Shown here in pieces: positions 18,529-27,090 of a DNA stretch of 64,000 nucleotides. The notes below the pieces were generated by a model that saw nothing but the letters and a program-made list of their open reading frames with translations, was not told the DNA's origin and did not search any database. Numbering within the stretch: the first letter of the stretch is position 1; each line of letters begins with the position of its first letter. Made by a program: the position numbers and the translations under genes. The stretch comes from an uncultured Bacteroidota bacterium (GTDB taxonomy: Bacteria; Bacteroidota; Bacteroidia; Bacteroidales; UBA12077). The stretch is taken from NCBI GenBank assembly GCA_913055635.1, contig CAJXLK010000005.1, positions 68,728 to 132,727 on the forward strand. The letters are read 5' to 3'.

Positions 18529-19122
18529 TTATCCATAAAATGTTTTCCTGAGGTATTTATTTCCGAACTTGCAATAGAGCCAGAAAACCAGGTAACCCAG
18601 TGCGATCCCGAGCAGGGCTCCGCCAATGATATCAAGGGGATAGTGAACGCCCAGGTATATTCGGCTGTAAGAGACAATGGCGGCCCAGATGAAAATGAAC
18701 CAGCTATAATAGCGGTTTTTAAAGAGTTTACTTGAAAAAAGGGCATAAGCAAAGGTGTTGGCCGCATGGGAAGAGACAAAGCCAAAGTCGCCTCCGCGGT
18801 ATCCTTTTACGGTGTGGACCAGGTGGTCGATTTGAGGATTATGGGTGGGGCGGAAGCGTTCGAACACTTCCTTGAAGCCTTTCACTGAAATCTGGTCGGC
18901 CAGGGTAATCAACAGGGCAATGAACAACAGGGTGGCAATGGCGTTCCATTTATACCGCCATATGATGAGCCCGATCAGTATGCCATAAAAGGGATACCAA
19001 AAAACTTTTTCGCTGATCTCATACATGATGGGATCCCAGAAAGCGTTGTGCAGGCTGTTGAGAAAAAGAAACAGTTGGGTATCGAGCTCCAGGATAAATT
19101 CCAGCATAATCGGGGCTTTCAT
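18529..19122 (-). CDS. PAP2 superfamily phosphatase (membrane, undecaprenyl-diphosphatase/lipid phosphatase type)
   Basis: 197 aa and multi-TM. The three PAP2 motifs are KEVFERFRP, VSSHAANTFA and SRIYLGVHYPLDIIGG. Confidence 0.85.
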   Translation of the reverse strand: MKAPIMLEFILELDTQLFLFLNSLHNAFWDPIMYEISEKVFWYPFYGILIGLIIWRYKWNAIATLLFIALLITLADQISVKGFKEVFERFRPTHNPQIDHLVHTVKGYRGGDFGFVSSHAANTFAYALFSSKLFKNRYYSWFIFIWAAIVSYSRIYLGVHYPLDIIGGALLGIALGYLVFWLYCKFGNKYLRKTFYG

Positions 19123-19126
19123 TTCG

Positions 19127-20116
19127 TTATTTATTCAGTTCCTGCCAAATCAGGTCCTTCATCTGAGGGATTCCCTCGAGGCTAACCGAGGAGATAAATA
19201 CGTAGGGCAATTGGGGTAAATTGGGTCTTATCAGTTCCTTGAGTTCGGCATCCAGCAGGTCGGATTTGGTGATGGCCAGGATTCTTCTTTTGTCGAGCAG
19301 TTCGGGGTTATATTGTTTAAGTTCCTGCAACAGGGTTTGGTATTCGCTGGCGATGTCTTTGGTGTCGGCCGGGACCATGAACATGAGCAAGGCGTTTCGT
19401 TCAATGTGGCGCAGGAAGCGCAGGCCCAGTCCTTTGCCCTGGTGGGCATTTTCGATGATACCGGGGATGTCGGCCATCACAAAAGATTTCAGCTCCCGGT
19501 ATTCGATCATGCCCAGGTTGGGTTCAAGGGTGGTGAAGGGATAATCAGCAATTTTGGGTTTGGCCGCTGAAATGGCCGAGAGCAGGGTCGATTTTCCGGC
19601 ATTGGGATAACCCACAAGGCCTACATCAGCCAGTATCTTAAGCTCAAGGATGATCCATTCTTCCCGGCCTTCTTCCCCCGACTGGGCGTACCGGGGTGCC
19701 TGGTTGGTGGAGGACTTGTAATGGGCATTGCCCTGACCCCCGCGGCCCCCCTCCAACAGGTTATGCTCCTGGCCATCTTCAAGGATCTCAAATAATTTTT
19801 CCCCATCCGACGCCCTTTTGGCGATTGTCCCCAGGGGTACCTCCAGAATGCGGTCTTTGCCACTGGCACCGGTGCTGCGCGACCCACTCCCTGATTGGCC
19901 GCTTTCGGCAATGATATGCTTATGGTATTTTAGATGCAGAAGCGTCCAGTGCTGGGCATTCCCCCGAAGGATGATGTGCCCGCCCCGGCCGCCATCTCCA
20001 CCGTCGGGTCCCCCCTTGGGCACATATTTCTCCCGGCGGAAATGAACCGAACCAGACCCTCCATTACCCGAGCGCATGTATAGCTTTACAAAATCAACAA
20101 AATTCGACTTATCCAT
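19127..20116 (-). CDS. obg: GTPase Obg/CgtA
   Basis: [42 protein letters not shown]1 motif GYPNAGKST, and DIPG. The likely start is the ATG at 20116 (MDKSNFVDF); the track ORF extends to 20197. Confidence 0.9.
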   Translation of the reverse strand: MDKSNFVDFVKLYMRSGNGGSGSVHFRREKYVPKGGPDGGDGGRGGHIILRGNAQHWTLLHLKYHKHIIAESGQSGSGSRSTGASGKDRILEVPLGTIAKRASDGEKLFEILEDGQEHNLLEGGRGGQGNAHYKSSTNQAPRYAQSGEEGREEWIILELKILADVGLVGYPNAGKSTLLSAISAAKPKIADYPFTTLEPNLGMIEYRELKSFVMADIPGIIENAHQGKGLGLRFLRHIERNALLMFMVPADTKDIASEYQTLLQELKQYNPELLDKRRILAITKSDLLDAELKELIRPNLPQLPYVFISSVSLEGIPQMKDLIWQELNK

Positions 20117-20201
20117 GCTTCCGCCATTCCTGTTTTGATGCCCCCAGCTGGTTGCACTCCTTTTTTTTGCGAGTTGATCCAGCCACCTGGTAAGCACCCT
20201 C

Positions 20202-20741
20202 TTATTCGACTACCTGGTAGATATCCTTGAAATTGCGGCCCAACCCGTCATAATCCAAACCATACCCGATGATAAAATCATTGGGGATTTCCAAACCGAC
20301 ATAATCCAGAGGTATGGTTTCCTGATAGACATCAGGTTTGAGCAAAAGGGAGGCGATCTTTAAGCTTTTGGGATTCAAGGCCTGGATTTGTTCAGAAATC
20401 ACCCGGATGGTTAATCCTGAATCAACAATGTCTTCCAGCACAATGACGTGGCGGTTGGCCAGATCTTCGTTTAGCCCAATCAGTTGTTTGACATCCCCCG
20501 AGGAACTCATTCCCTGGTAAGAAGCATACTTGACAAAGGAGAGCTCTGTGTTGATGCGCAATTCTTTGAAAAGATCCCCGGTAAACATAAAGGCCCCGTT
20601 CAGGATGCTTAAAAATAGCGGTGTTTCGGCCCCCTCATAATCGCGATTGATTTGAGCGGCAATGCGCTGAACACTTTGGTATATCTGCTCATAATGCAGG
20701 TAGATCTGAAACTCCTTATCTTTGAGCTGGATTTTATTCAT
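20202..20741 (-). CDS. hpt: Hypoxanthine phosphoribosyltransferase
   Basis: PRPP-binding loop [13 protein letters not shown] and C-terminal IGYGLDY. The likely start is the ATG at 20741 ([11 protein letters not shown]). Confidence 0.9.
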   Translation of the reverse strand: MNKIQLKDKEFQIYLHYEQIYQSVQRIAAQINRDYEGAETPLFLSILNGAFMFTGDLFKELRINTELSFVKYASYQGMSSSGDVKQLIGLNEDLANRHVIVLEDIVDSGLTIRVISEQIQALNPKSLKIASLLLKPDVYQETIPLDYVGLEIPNDFIIGYGLDYDGLGRNFKDIYQVVE

Positions 20742-20829
20742 AAAGCAAATTGTATTAAATTTGAACTTTCTGGAATGCAAATTAAGGAATTAACTGTCTT
20801 ATTAAAAAATTAAAAAATAAAAAATTGAT

Positions 20830-21342
20830 ATGGAGCCAAAAGTCAGCATTATCATGGGCAGCACCTCTGATCTGGAAGTCATGGAGAAAGCTGCTAAAAT
20901 CCTTGATGAGTTCAAAATTCCTTTTGAACTGCAAGCCCTCTCGGCGCACCGTACCCCTGAAAAGGTCACCGAATTTGCCAAGAATGCCCATAAACGCGGG
21001 GTAAGGGTTATTATTGCCGGAGCCGGAGGTGCCGCTCATTTACCCGGGGTTATCGCTTCCCTGACCCCCGTGCCGGTCATTGGTGTACCCATACGTTCGT
21101 CCATATCCATGGACGGTTGGGACTCCATCCTTTCCATCCTTCAGATGCCTCCGGGAATACCAGTGGCTACAGTCGGCATCGATGCCGCACGCAACGCCGC
21201 TATACTGGCCACCCAAATCCTGGCCCCCACCGATCAGAAAATCATGAATACCGTGGAAAACTTTAAAGCCGGCCTGAACCAGAAAATTACCAAAGCCAAC
21301 GAAGACCTGGCTGAAGTCAAGTACAACTATAAAACCAACTGA
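20830..21342 (+). CDS. purE: 5-(carboxyamino)imidazole ribonucleotide mutase
   Basis: 170 aa. VSIIMGSTSDLEVM, SAHRTP and IIAGAGGAAHLPGV. Confidence 0.9.
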   Translation: MEPKVSIIMGSTSDLEVMEKAAKILDEFKIPFELQALSAHRTPEKVTEFAKNAHKRGVRVIIAGAGGAAHLPGVIASLTPVPVIGVPIRSSISMDGWDSILSILQMPPGIPVATVGIDAARNAAILATQILAPTDQKIMNTVENFKAGLNQKITKANEDLAEVKYNYKTN

Positions 21343-21377
21343 AAACTGAAACCCCTTATTTTGACCTTGCATGCTGA

Positions 21378-21440
21378 CCCCGCTAAATCTGACACCCCGG
21401 TAAGCGGGGCTCGGAGCAATTTAACCCCGCTAAGCGGGGG
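21378..21440. repeat. Degenerate cluster of the same palindrome family
   Basis: Half-site CCCCGCTAA at 21378-21386. One-mismatch copy CCCCGGTAAGCGGGG at 21395-21409. Perfect copy CCCCGCTAAGCGGGG at 21425-21439. It lies between the convergent purE and trpS. Confidence 0.75.
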
Positions 21441-21523
21441 TTTGGGCAAGCGCAGGTCGGGACCGAAGTCAGGAACAACTACAAAACCAATTGAAACCCG
21501 ATAGCGATCATGGCCCATTTTTA

Positions 21524-22513
21524 TCAGAATGCTTCAATCCCGATGATCCTTCTTACATCTTTAATGGTTTGAGCGGCGCTGGCCCGGGCTTTGTCACGGC
21601 CCTTTTTTACTACCTTTTTAAGGTATGGGTCATCCGAGGAAATCGATTTGATCTTTTCGCGTAAGGGCTCGGTAAAATCTATGATATCGCCAGCCAGCTG
21701 TTTTTTCATGTCTCCATAGCGGATTTTGCAATTATTGTATTGATCCAAATAATAATCATAGGTTTCCGCATGGGAGACAATTTTCATCAGGGTGAAGATA
21801 TTTTGAATGGGTTCGGCCATTTCCTGGTTGTACTCAGTGGGGCCGGCGTCGGTGACGGCTTTCATCACTTTTTTACGAATCACTTTGGGTTCATCCGCCA
21901 GAAAGATGGCATTGCCTTCTGTTTTACCCATCTTACCGGAACCATCCAGGCCGGGCACTTTGAGCAACTCCTGCCCAAAGTTGTAGGGTTCGGGTTCAGG
22001 GAAATATTCCTGCTGATACATGTTGTTGAAGCGGCGGGCAAAACGCCGGGTCATCTCCAGGTGTTGCTCCTGGTCTTTGCCCACCGGTACCTTAGAGGCA
22101 TGATGAACAATGATGTCGGCCGCCATCAGCACCGGATAGGTCAGCAATCCGGCATTTACATTGTTGGGCTGGCTGCGTACCTTCTCCTTGAACGAAGTGG
22201 TTCGCTCCAACTCCCCAACATAGGCGTTCATGTTCAAAAGCAAATAAAGTTCCGGGATCTCCGGTAAATCACTTTGTATATATAAAGTGGCCGCGTCCGG
22301 ATCAATGCCGGCAGCCAGATATTCCGAAAGAATCTGGCGTACATTGCCATGAAGATCTTCCGGGTTGGGATAGGTGGTCAACGAATGATAATCGGCAATA
22401 AAAAAATAGCATTCATGTTCATGCTGCATTTTGACGAAGTTGCTCAGCGCCCCGTAATAATTGCCCAGATGCAGGTTGCCTGTTGAGCGAATGCCACTGA
22501 CTACTTTTTCCAT
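21524..22513 (-). CDS. trpS: Tryptophan-tRNA ligase
   Basis: Class I HIGH-type motif (STGNLHLGNYYGA) and KMSKS-type motif (GSGKMGKT). The likely start is the ATG at 22513 (MEKVVSGIRS); the track ORF extends to 22573. Confidence 0.9.
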   Translation of the reverse strand: MEKVVSGIRSTGNLHLGNYYGALSNFVKMQHEHECYFFIADYHSLTTYPNPEDLHGNVRQILSEYLAAGIDPDAATLYIQSDLPEIPELYLLLNMNAYVGELERTTSFKEKVRSQPNNVNAGLLTYPVLMAADIIVHHASKVPVGKDQEQHLEMTRRFARRFNNMYQQEYFPEPEPYNFGQELLKVPGLDGSGKMGKTEGNAIFLADEPKVIRKKVMKAVTDAGPTEYNQEMAEPIQNIFTLMKIVSHAETYDYYLDQYNNCKIRYGDMKKQLAGDIIDFTEPLREKIKSISSDDPYLKKVVKKGRDKARASAAQTIKDVRRIIGIEAF

Positions 22514-22935
22514 AAAATTGATTAAGCGTTTTAGTTTAACTATTTTTGCAAAAATAGTAAATGTATTTGACAAAACGGTTGATCTGCTTAAATCAACCGT
22601 TTTACCGGTATATCCCGGTTAAGTCCCTGGAGAGGGCCAACGTAGCCGTTGTCATTCAAGGCACTTCACAGACCCTTTACCTGGCGAAGGAAGACAGGAA
22701 CAGGGCTTAGGCAGGTGAGCAGCCTTTGAAGGGTGAGCAGTGGCCGGGAATTGTTAATCAGACTTTAACCCCTTAAATGAATAACATTGAAAAGCAGGTT
22801 GACGTTTTTTTTATGAACGGAACAAATATTGAGGGAATGAAGGATTTTGCGCAAGGTTAAAAAAAAGGGTTGGGGGGTGGAGCAATTTATATGCAAGTAA
22901 TTAGTTGTTTATAAAGATAATCAAACAGACGCATC

Positions 22936-23217
22936 ATGTCGCACCTATTGTTTACAACTCCATTGTTTATAAGTACATTGTTTTACATATTTTTCTTCTT
23001 TGTGATCCTGGTGATCGTAGGAGGACTGATATCAAAATATTTAATGCGACGGGTATTCAACCGCATGCAGGACAACATGAATCAGCACTATGATCGGCAA
23101 CAGAGCAGCAAAAAGGAAGGGAAGGTAACCATTGAATATGACAGGGATAAAAAAGGGAAGAAGCAATATAAAAGGGACCAGGGCGAATACATCGATTATG
23201 AGGAGGTCGATGAGTAA
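22936..23217 (+). CDS. DUF4834-like small membrane protein
   Basis: 93 aa. One N-terminal TM segment, a K/Q/D-rich tail, and an ending GEYIDYEEVDE as in the Bacteroidota DUF4834 family (assigned from memory). Confidence 0.6.
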   Translation: MSHLLFTTPLFISTLFYIFFFFVILVIVGGLISKYLMRRVFNRMQDNMNQHYDRQQSSKKEGKVTIEYDRDKKGKKQYKRDQGEYIDYEEVDE

Positions 23218-23458
23218 AATAGCGTGGTTCCCTAACCAGGCTTCCTGCAACAGCTAGCTTCTTGACAAGGACTATAGGGTTTTATCCTTTTGGGTTAACC
23301 CCTATAAGCTGCTTGATTTTGATAAGTCGTTAAAAGCTCCCCACGACTCATGCGTTTTCTTAAACCCCGTGAAAATTCCCGGGAACCTCCACGGGGCTCT
23401 ATTAAAGGCATCATGATGTGAAAGGGGGACATCCTCCATAAAAGGATGCCCCGGATAA

Positions 23459-23965
23459 TCAGGTGAAAATGATTTGGGCATGCTGGCCGGCGGCTTTTTC
23501 ATAGAATTCGCCGACGGTCAAAATGTCACTGACATGCTCGGAGAGGTCTTCTTTTTTGACCTTGAACATATCTACCGCGAGCTGACAAGCGTATACTTCC
23601 CCGCCTCCGGCGGTGATCATGTCTAAGAATTCATCCACCGGGGGCACATCCAGCTCATCCATTTGTTTTTTCATCATATTGGAGACCATTTTCTGTACCC
23701 CGGGAATCATTCCAAGGAGCTTGGGCATGCGGGTGCCATTGGGCATCCTTAATGCCGGGTTGCCTACGGTTGCGGTTTGAAGTTTATTCATCCGCTTTTT
23801 GATTACCGCATCCAGCCCGAAAAAGGTGAAGAAGAGTTTGGCTTCCTTTCCATCCATCACAGCCCCGTTGGCCAAAACCAGGGCGGCATAAACATCCTCC
23901 AGGTTGCCTTTGGCACAAATGATGGATACTTTATTGATCTGTTCCTTTGGTTCCTGATTTTCCAT
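23459..23965 (-). CDS. DsrE/DsrF-like sulfur-relay family protein
   Basis: 168 aa. VSIICAKGNLEDVYAALVLANGAVMDGKEAKLFFTFFGLDAV and a later conserved Cys (EVYACQLAVDMF). It is the last gene of the SQR-like operon. Confidence 0.7.
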   Translation of the reverse strand: MENQEPKEQINKVSIICAKGNLEDVYAALVLANGAVMDGKEAKLFFTFFGLDAVIKKRMNKLQTATVGNPALRMPNGTRMPKLLGMIPGVQKMVSNMMKKQMDELDVPPVDEFLDMITAGGGEVYACQLAVDMFKVKKEDLSEHVSDILTVGEFYEKAAGQHAQIIFT

Positions 23966-23982
23966 GGTTTATTTTTTTTAGA

Positions 23983-24294
23983 TTACACACAACTGGTAGG
24001 CTTTGGAATGCCCGCTATTTTAGAAGCTTTTTTCAGCGGACCGCCCGGGAAGAGTTTATAAAAACCTTTGATGTCGGTAAAACCCGATTTACCAACTTTG
24101 CGGATCGTCAGGTTGGCCCCTTCTTCATACTTTTCCCGCAGGTAATGCAGGATTTTGAAATGGTCTTCGCCCAGTTCGATGCCTTCTTCTTCGGCCAGGG
24201 CCTTGGCAATATCTTCATTCCATTGATTGTGGTCTTGCAGATAACCTTCATCGGTTACTTCTACTGTTTTTCCTGCTAATGTTTTCTGTGACAT
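23983..24294 (-). CDS. TusE/DsrC/DsvC family sulfur-relay protein (single C-terminal Cys)
   Basis: 103 aa. GYLQDHNQWNEDIA, HFKILHYLREKYEE, and a C-terminal arm ...AGIPKPTSCV with the penultimate-region Cys. The second Cys seen about 10 residues upstream in bona fide DsrC is absent. Confidence 0.85.
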   Translation of the reverse strand: MSQKTLAGKTVEVTDEGYLQDHNQWNEDIAKALAEEEGIELGEDHFKILHYLREKYEEGANLTIRKVGKSGFTDIKGFYKLFPGGPLKKASKIAGIPKPTSCV

Positions 24295-24305
24295 AGATTT
24301 GAATT

Positions 24306-24995
24306 TTAAGTGTTTGTAGATGATTGTTGTTGCCGGGAAAGGTTTTTCAAAAATGTAATCATAAAGCCCATCCCCTGTTTCATTTCCGGTGAACGCATTT
24401 CTTTGAAAGTTTTCCAGAGCGAATATTCCGGAATTTTTTCGGCACTGGTCTGCTTATAGGCATTCACCGTTTGGTTCATGGCCTGCAACATGGACGGATC
24501 ACTCATGTTTTTGAGGGTGTCGGTGATCGTGACAATATTGTCGGCCAGTTGCCTGACCTCTTCCGCCGAATAATGGGAAACAATGTTGTCGAAAATGCGG
24601 GAGGCTTCCCGTAGGAAATCCATATATCCTTTTTGTTCCATTTCATGCAGTTTGTGGATAACATCCACCCCCATTTCATTGATCACCGGGCCGGCATCCC
24701 GACTCAGGTCCACCAGGCTCTCGAAAGTGTCGAGCATTTGGTTGAAACTTTCCACGTTGCGCAGCATACGCAGGGAAAGGTTCTTCAGGTCATCAATATT
24801 GACTTCAATATCCCTTTTATCCAACTCATCCACCGTACTCTGGAAAGCATCTTTCCCTACCCTGTAGAGATCATCAGCCAGATCATTCATGCTTTCCCGC
24901 TGCAACCGCTGCTCATTGACGTGGTGAAGCACCTGGTCGAGCTTTTCGTTGATTTCGTTGATCTGTCGTTGTAAATCCTGATTGTTTTCAGCCAT
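24306..24995 (-). CDS. DUF1641 domain-containing protein
   Basis: 229 aa and mostly helical. The C-terminal SLWKTFKEMRSPEMKQGMGFMITFLKNL resembles the DUF1641 signature. This family is commonly encoded next to SQR-like flavoproteins. Confidence 0.6.
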   Translation of the reverse strand: MAENNQDLQRQINEINEKLDQVLHHVNEQRLQRESMNDLADDLYRVGKDAFQSTVDELDKRDIEVNIDDLKNLSLRMLRNVESFNQMLDTFESLVDLSRDAGPVINEMGVDVIHKLHEMEQKGYMDFLREASRIFDNIVSHYSAEEVRQLADNIVTITDTLKNMSDPSMLQAMNQTVNAYKQTSAEKIPEYSLWKTFKEMRSPEMKQGMGFMITFLKNLSRQQQSSTNT

Positions 24996-25006
24996 AATGG
25001 AGCGTT

Positions 25007-26242
25007 TTAGGATTTTTTACCGGCCATGGTCATTTGCGACTCAATGGGCATCTCTTTGCCTTTCAAAAGGATATGCCAGTATATCCACCGGAAAAGGACC
25101 TTGCCGTAATGGTTCATCTTGGTGTTTTGCAGCAAACCGAACGGCCCGACTCCCGGCAATGGAAAGGTTCCGGGCAAAGGTTCGGTGTCATAGTTGAAGT
25201 CGATGATTGATCCCTTGCCATGGCCGGTTTCAATATAGCAGTTGGAGTGGCCGTCAAACTGAGCCTTTAAAGGCCGGTTTTCTATAGCGCTGACCAGATT
25301 TTCATAGACCACCTCCGAGGCAAAGTGCACCACCGATCCGGCTTTGGAGGTGGGGATATCAGAAGCGTCACCCAGGACAAAAATGTTTTCATGGTGCTTG
25401 CTCTGAAGGGTGTACTTGTCGGTGGGTATGAAATTCAAATCATCCCCCATGCCGCTGCGCTCTACCATTGGATCACCGGTATTGACCGGCACAATGGTCA
25501 ATACATCAAAGGGCACTTCCTGCTCGTCATAGGAGCGAATCACCTTCTTTTCATTGTCCACTGACTCCAGGTAAAAATCGGGAATGACCCGGATATTCTT
25601 TTCTTCCAACAGCTCTCCCAGCATCTGGGAAGCTTTGGGCTTGGTGAATGCCCCGGGTAGCGGGGTGACAAAAGAGATATCCACCTTATCGCGGATCCCT
25701 AATTCGGAGAAATAAGCATCGGCCAGAAAAGAAAACTCAAGCGGCGCCACCGGACATTTGAACGGCAACTCGGCGATGTTCACCACCAAACGACCCCCTT
25801 CCCAGTCGCGGAAGAATTCACGCAGGGCTACCGCTCCGTCAACCGTATAAAAATCAAAAATTTCTTTGTGCCACAGCTGATCTTTTAAACCCGGGGTCTC
25901 ATCCGGATTGATATTGGTGCCGGTGGCCACTACCAAAAAATCATATGGCAGCACCTGTCCCCCCTCCAGCAAAACTTGCTGGTCATTTGGCTCTATCCGG
26001 TCAATGCCGGTATAAAGGACGTTAACCCCCGGGGGTAGAAAATCGCTTTTGGGCTTGATCACATCATTGCGGTTGTAAATGCCGAAAGGAATGAATAAAA
26101 ATCCCGGTTGATAGTAGTGGGTCTTATCCTTGTCGACCACGGTGATGTCCCATTCGCTGCGCGAGAGCACTTTACGGAGCTTATTGGCCATAATGGTGCC
26201 TCCCGTTCCGGCTCCTAAGATGACAATCTTTTTCATATTCAA
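25007..26242 (-). CDS. Sulfide:quinone oxidoreductase-like NAD(P)/FAD-dependent oxidoreductase
   Basis: 411 aa. N-terminal FAD fold KIVILGAGTGGT. Candidate redox cysteines lie in PFKCPVAPLEF and HSNCYIETGHG. The second dinucleotide motif is VLGDASDIPTSKAG. Confidence 0.8.
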   Translation of the reverse strand: MNMKKIVILGAGTGGTIMANKLRKVLSRSEWDITVVDKDKTHYYQPGFLFIPFGIYNRNDVIKPKSDFLPPGVNVLYTGIDRIEPNDQQVLLEGGQVLPYDFLVVATGTNINPDETPGLKDQLWHKEIFDFYTVDGAVALREFFRDWEGGRLVVNIAELPFKCPVAPLEFSFLADAYFSELGIRDKVDISFVTPLPGAFTKPKASQMLGELLEEKNIRVIPDFYLESVDNEKKVIRSYDEQEVPFDVLTIVPVNTGDPMVERSGMGDDLNFIPTDKYTLQSKHHENIFVLGDASDIPTSKAGSVVHFASEVVYENLVSAIENRPLKAQFDGHSNCYIETGHGKGSIIDFNYDTEPLPGTFPLPGVGPFGLLQNTKMNHYGKVLFRWIYWHILLKGKEMPIESQMTMAGKKS

Positions 26243-26364
26243 TAATTTTATGTTATTTTGACTCCTGATGGGGTTAGTGTGAACCCATTAACAGTTTTGT
26301 TGTATACAAAATTAGTTTTATCTAAATATTTATATGTATTCATTTGACCAATATATGTCATACC

Positions 26365-26376
26365 TGATATATATCA
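26365..26376. promoter_or_regulatory. Perfect 12-bp palindrome TGATATATATCA in the divergent SQR / crp-fnr intergenic region
   Basis: It reads identically on both strands. It lies 14 nt upstream of the regulator ATG (26390) and 123 nt upstream of the SQR-like gene start (26242). A regulatory role is inferred only. Confidence 0.3.
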
Positions 26377-26389
26377 TAAGATTTTGACA

Positions 26390-27085
26390 ATGAGCAAAAT
26401 TTTAAATACATCCCACTGCAACCAATGTGTATACAGAACCTGGGCATTCAACAAGCTCGATCAGGAAGCATTGAGCCTGATTAATCAGCACAAAACCGAA
26501 GTGTTTTATCGCAAGGGGGAAGTGATATGCCGGCAGGGGGAAAACATCGCCCACTTTTTGTACCTGCGCAAAGGCCTGGTCAAGCTGTTAACCACCGAAA
26601 AAAATGACCGGGAACACATCATTAGCATCGGTAAGCCTTTGGATTTTATCGGGCTATTAAGTATATTTTCCAAACAGCAGCATGCCTACACCATCACTGC
26701 CATTGAAGACTCAGTGGTTTGTTTTGTCGAGATCGATGTATTGAAACAGTTGATGGCTCAAAACGGCGAGTTTGCACTCGATTTCCTGGAGAAGTCAAGC
26801 CGGGTGGCCGATGATGTGATTGCTACCCGTTTGAACATCAACACCAAGCAGTTAAGGGGCCGTATTGCCTACATCCTGATGTTCTTTTCAAGCCATATCT
26901 ACAACGCAATGGCTTTTGAACTGCCGGTAAGCCGCAAGGAGATTGCCCAGTTGATCGATATGAGCACCGAAAACGTCATTCGTATCCTTTCAGAATTCCG
27001 TAAAGACGGCATCATTGAAATTGAAGGCAAGCTGATCAAAATACTGGATTACCAAAAGTTGCAGAAAGTCTATGATCTGGGATGA
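26390..27085 (+). CDS. Crp/Fnr family transcriptional regulator
   Basis: cNMP-binding-type barrel (FYRKGEVICRQGENIAHFLYLRKGLVKL) and C-terminal HTH (RKEIAQLIDMSTENVIRILSEFRKDGII). N-terminal HCNQC pair. The track ORF starts at TTG 26384; the first ATG is at 26390. Confidence 0.85.
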   Translation: MSKILNTSHCNQCVYRTWAFNKLDQEALSLINQHKTEVFYRKGEVICRQGENIAHFLYLRKGLVKLLTTEKNDREHIISIGKPLDFIGLLSIFSKQQHAYTITAIEDSVVCFVEIDVLKQLMAQNGEFALDFLEKSSRVADDVIATRLNINTKQLRGRIAYILMFFSSHIYNAMAFELPVSRKEIAQLIDMSTENVIRILSEFRKDGIIEIEGKLIKILDYQKLQKVYDLG

Positions 27086-27090
27086 GATTA

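Noticed and set aside
21327-21518. 63-aa minus-strand ORF between purE and trpS.
   Set aside because: It is composed largely of the palindromic repeat copies and overlaps the purE stop region, so it is not credible as coding.
22600-22900. Possible SRP RNA or RNase P RNA in the trpS upstream gap (GAAGGAAGACAGG resembles the SRP helix-8 GGAAGGAAGCAGCC; AAGTCC resembles the RNase P GGAAAGUCC).
   Set aside because: I could not build the required closing tetraloop helix or the flanking conserved helices by eye. The resemblance is limited to short purine-rich strings. It is kept only as an unassigned candidate structured region.
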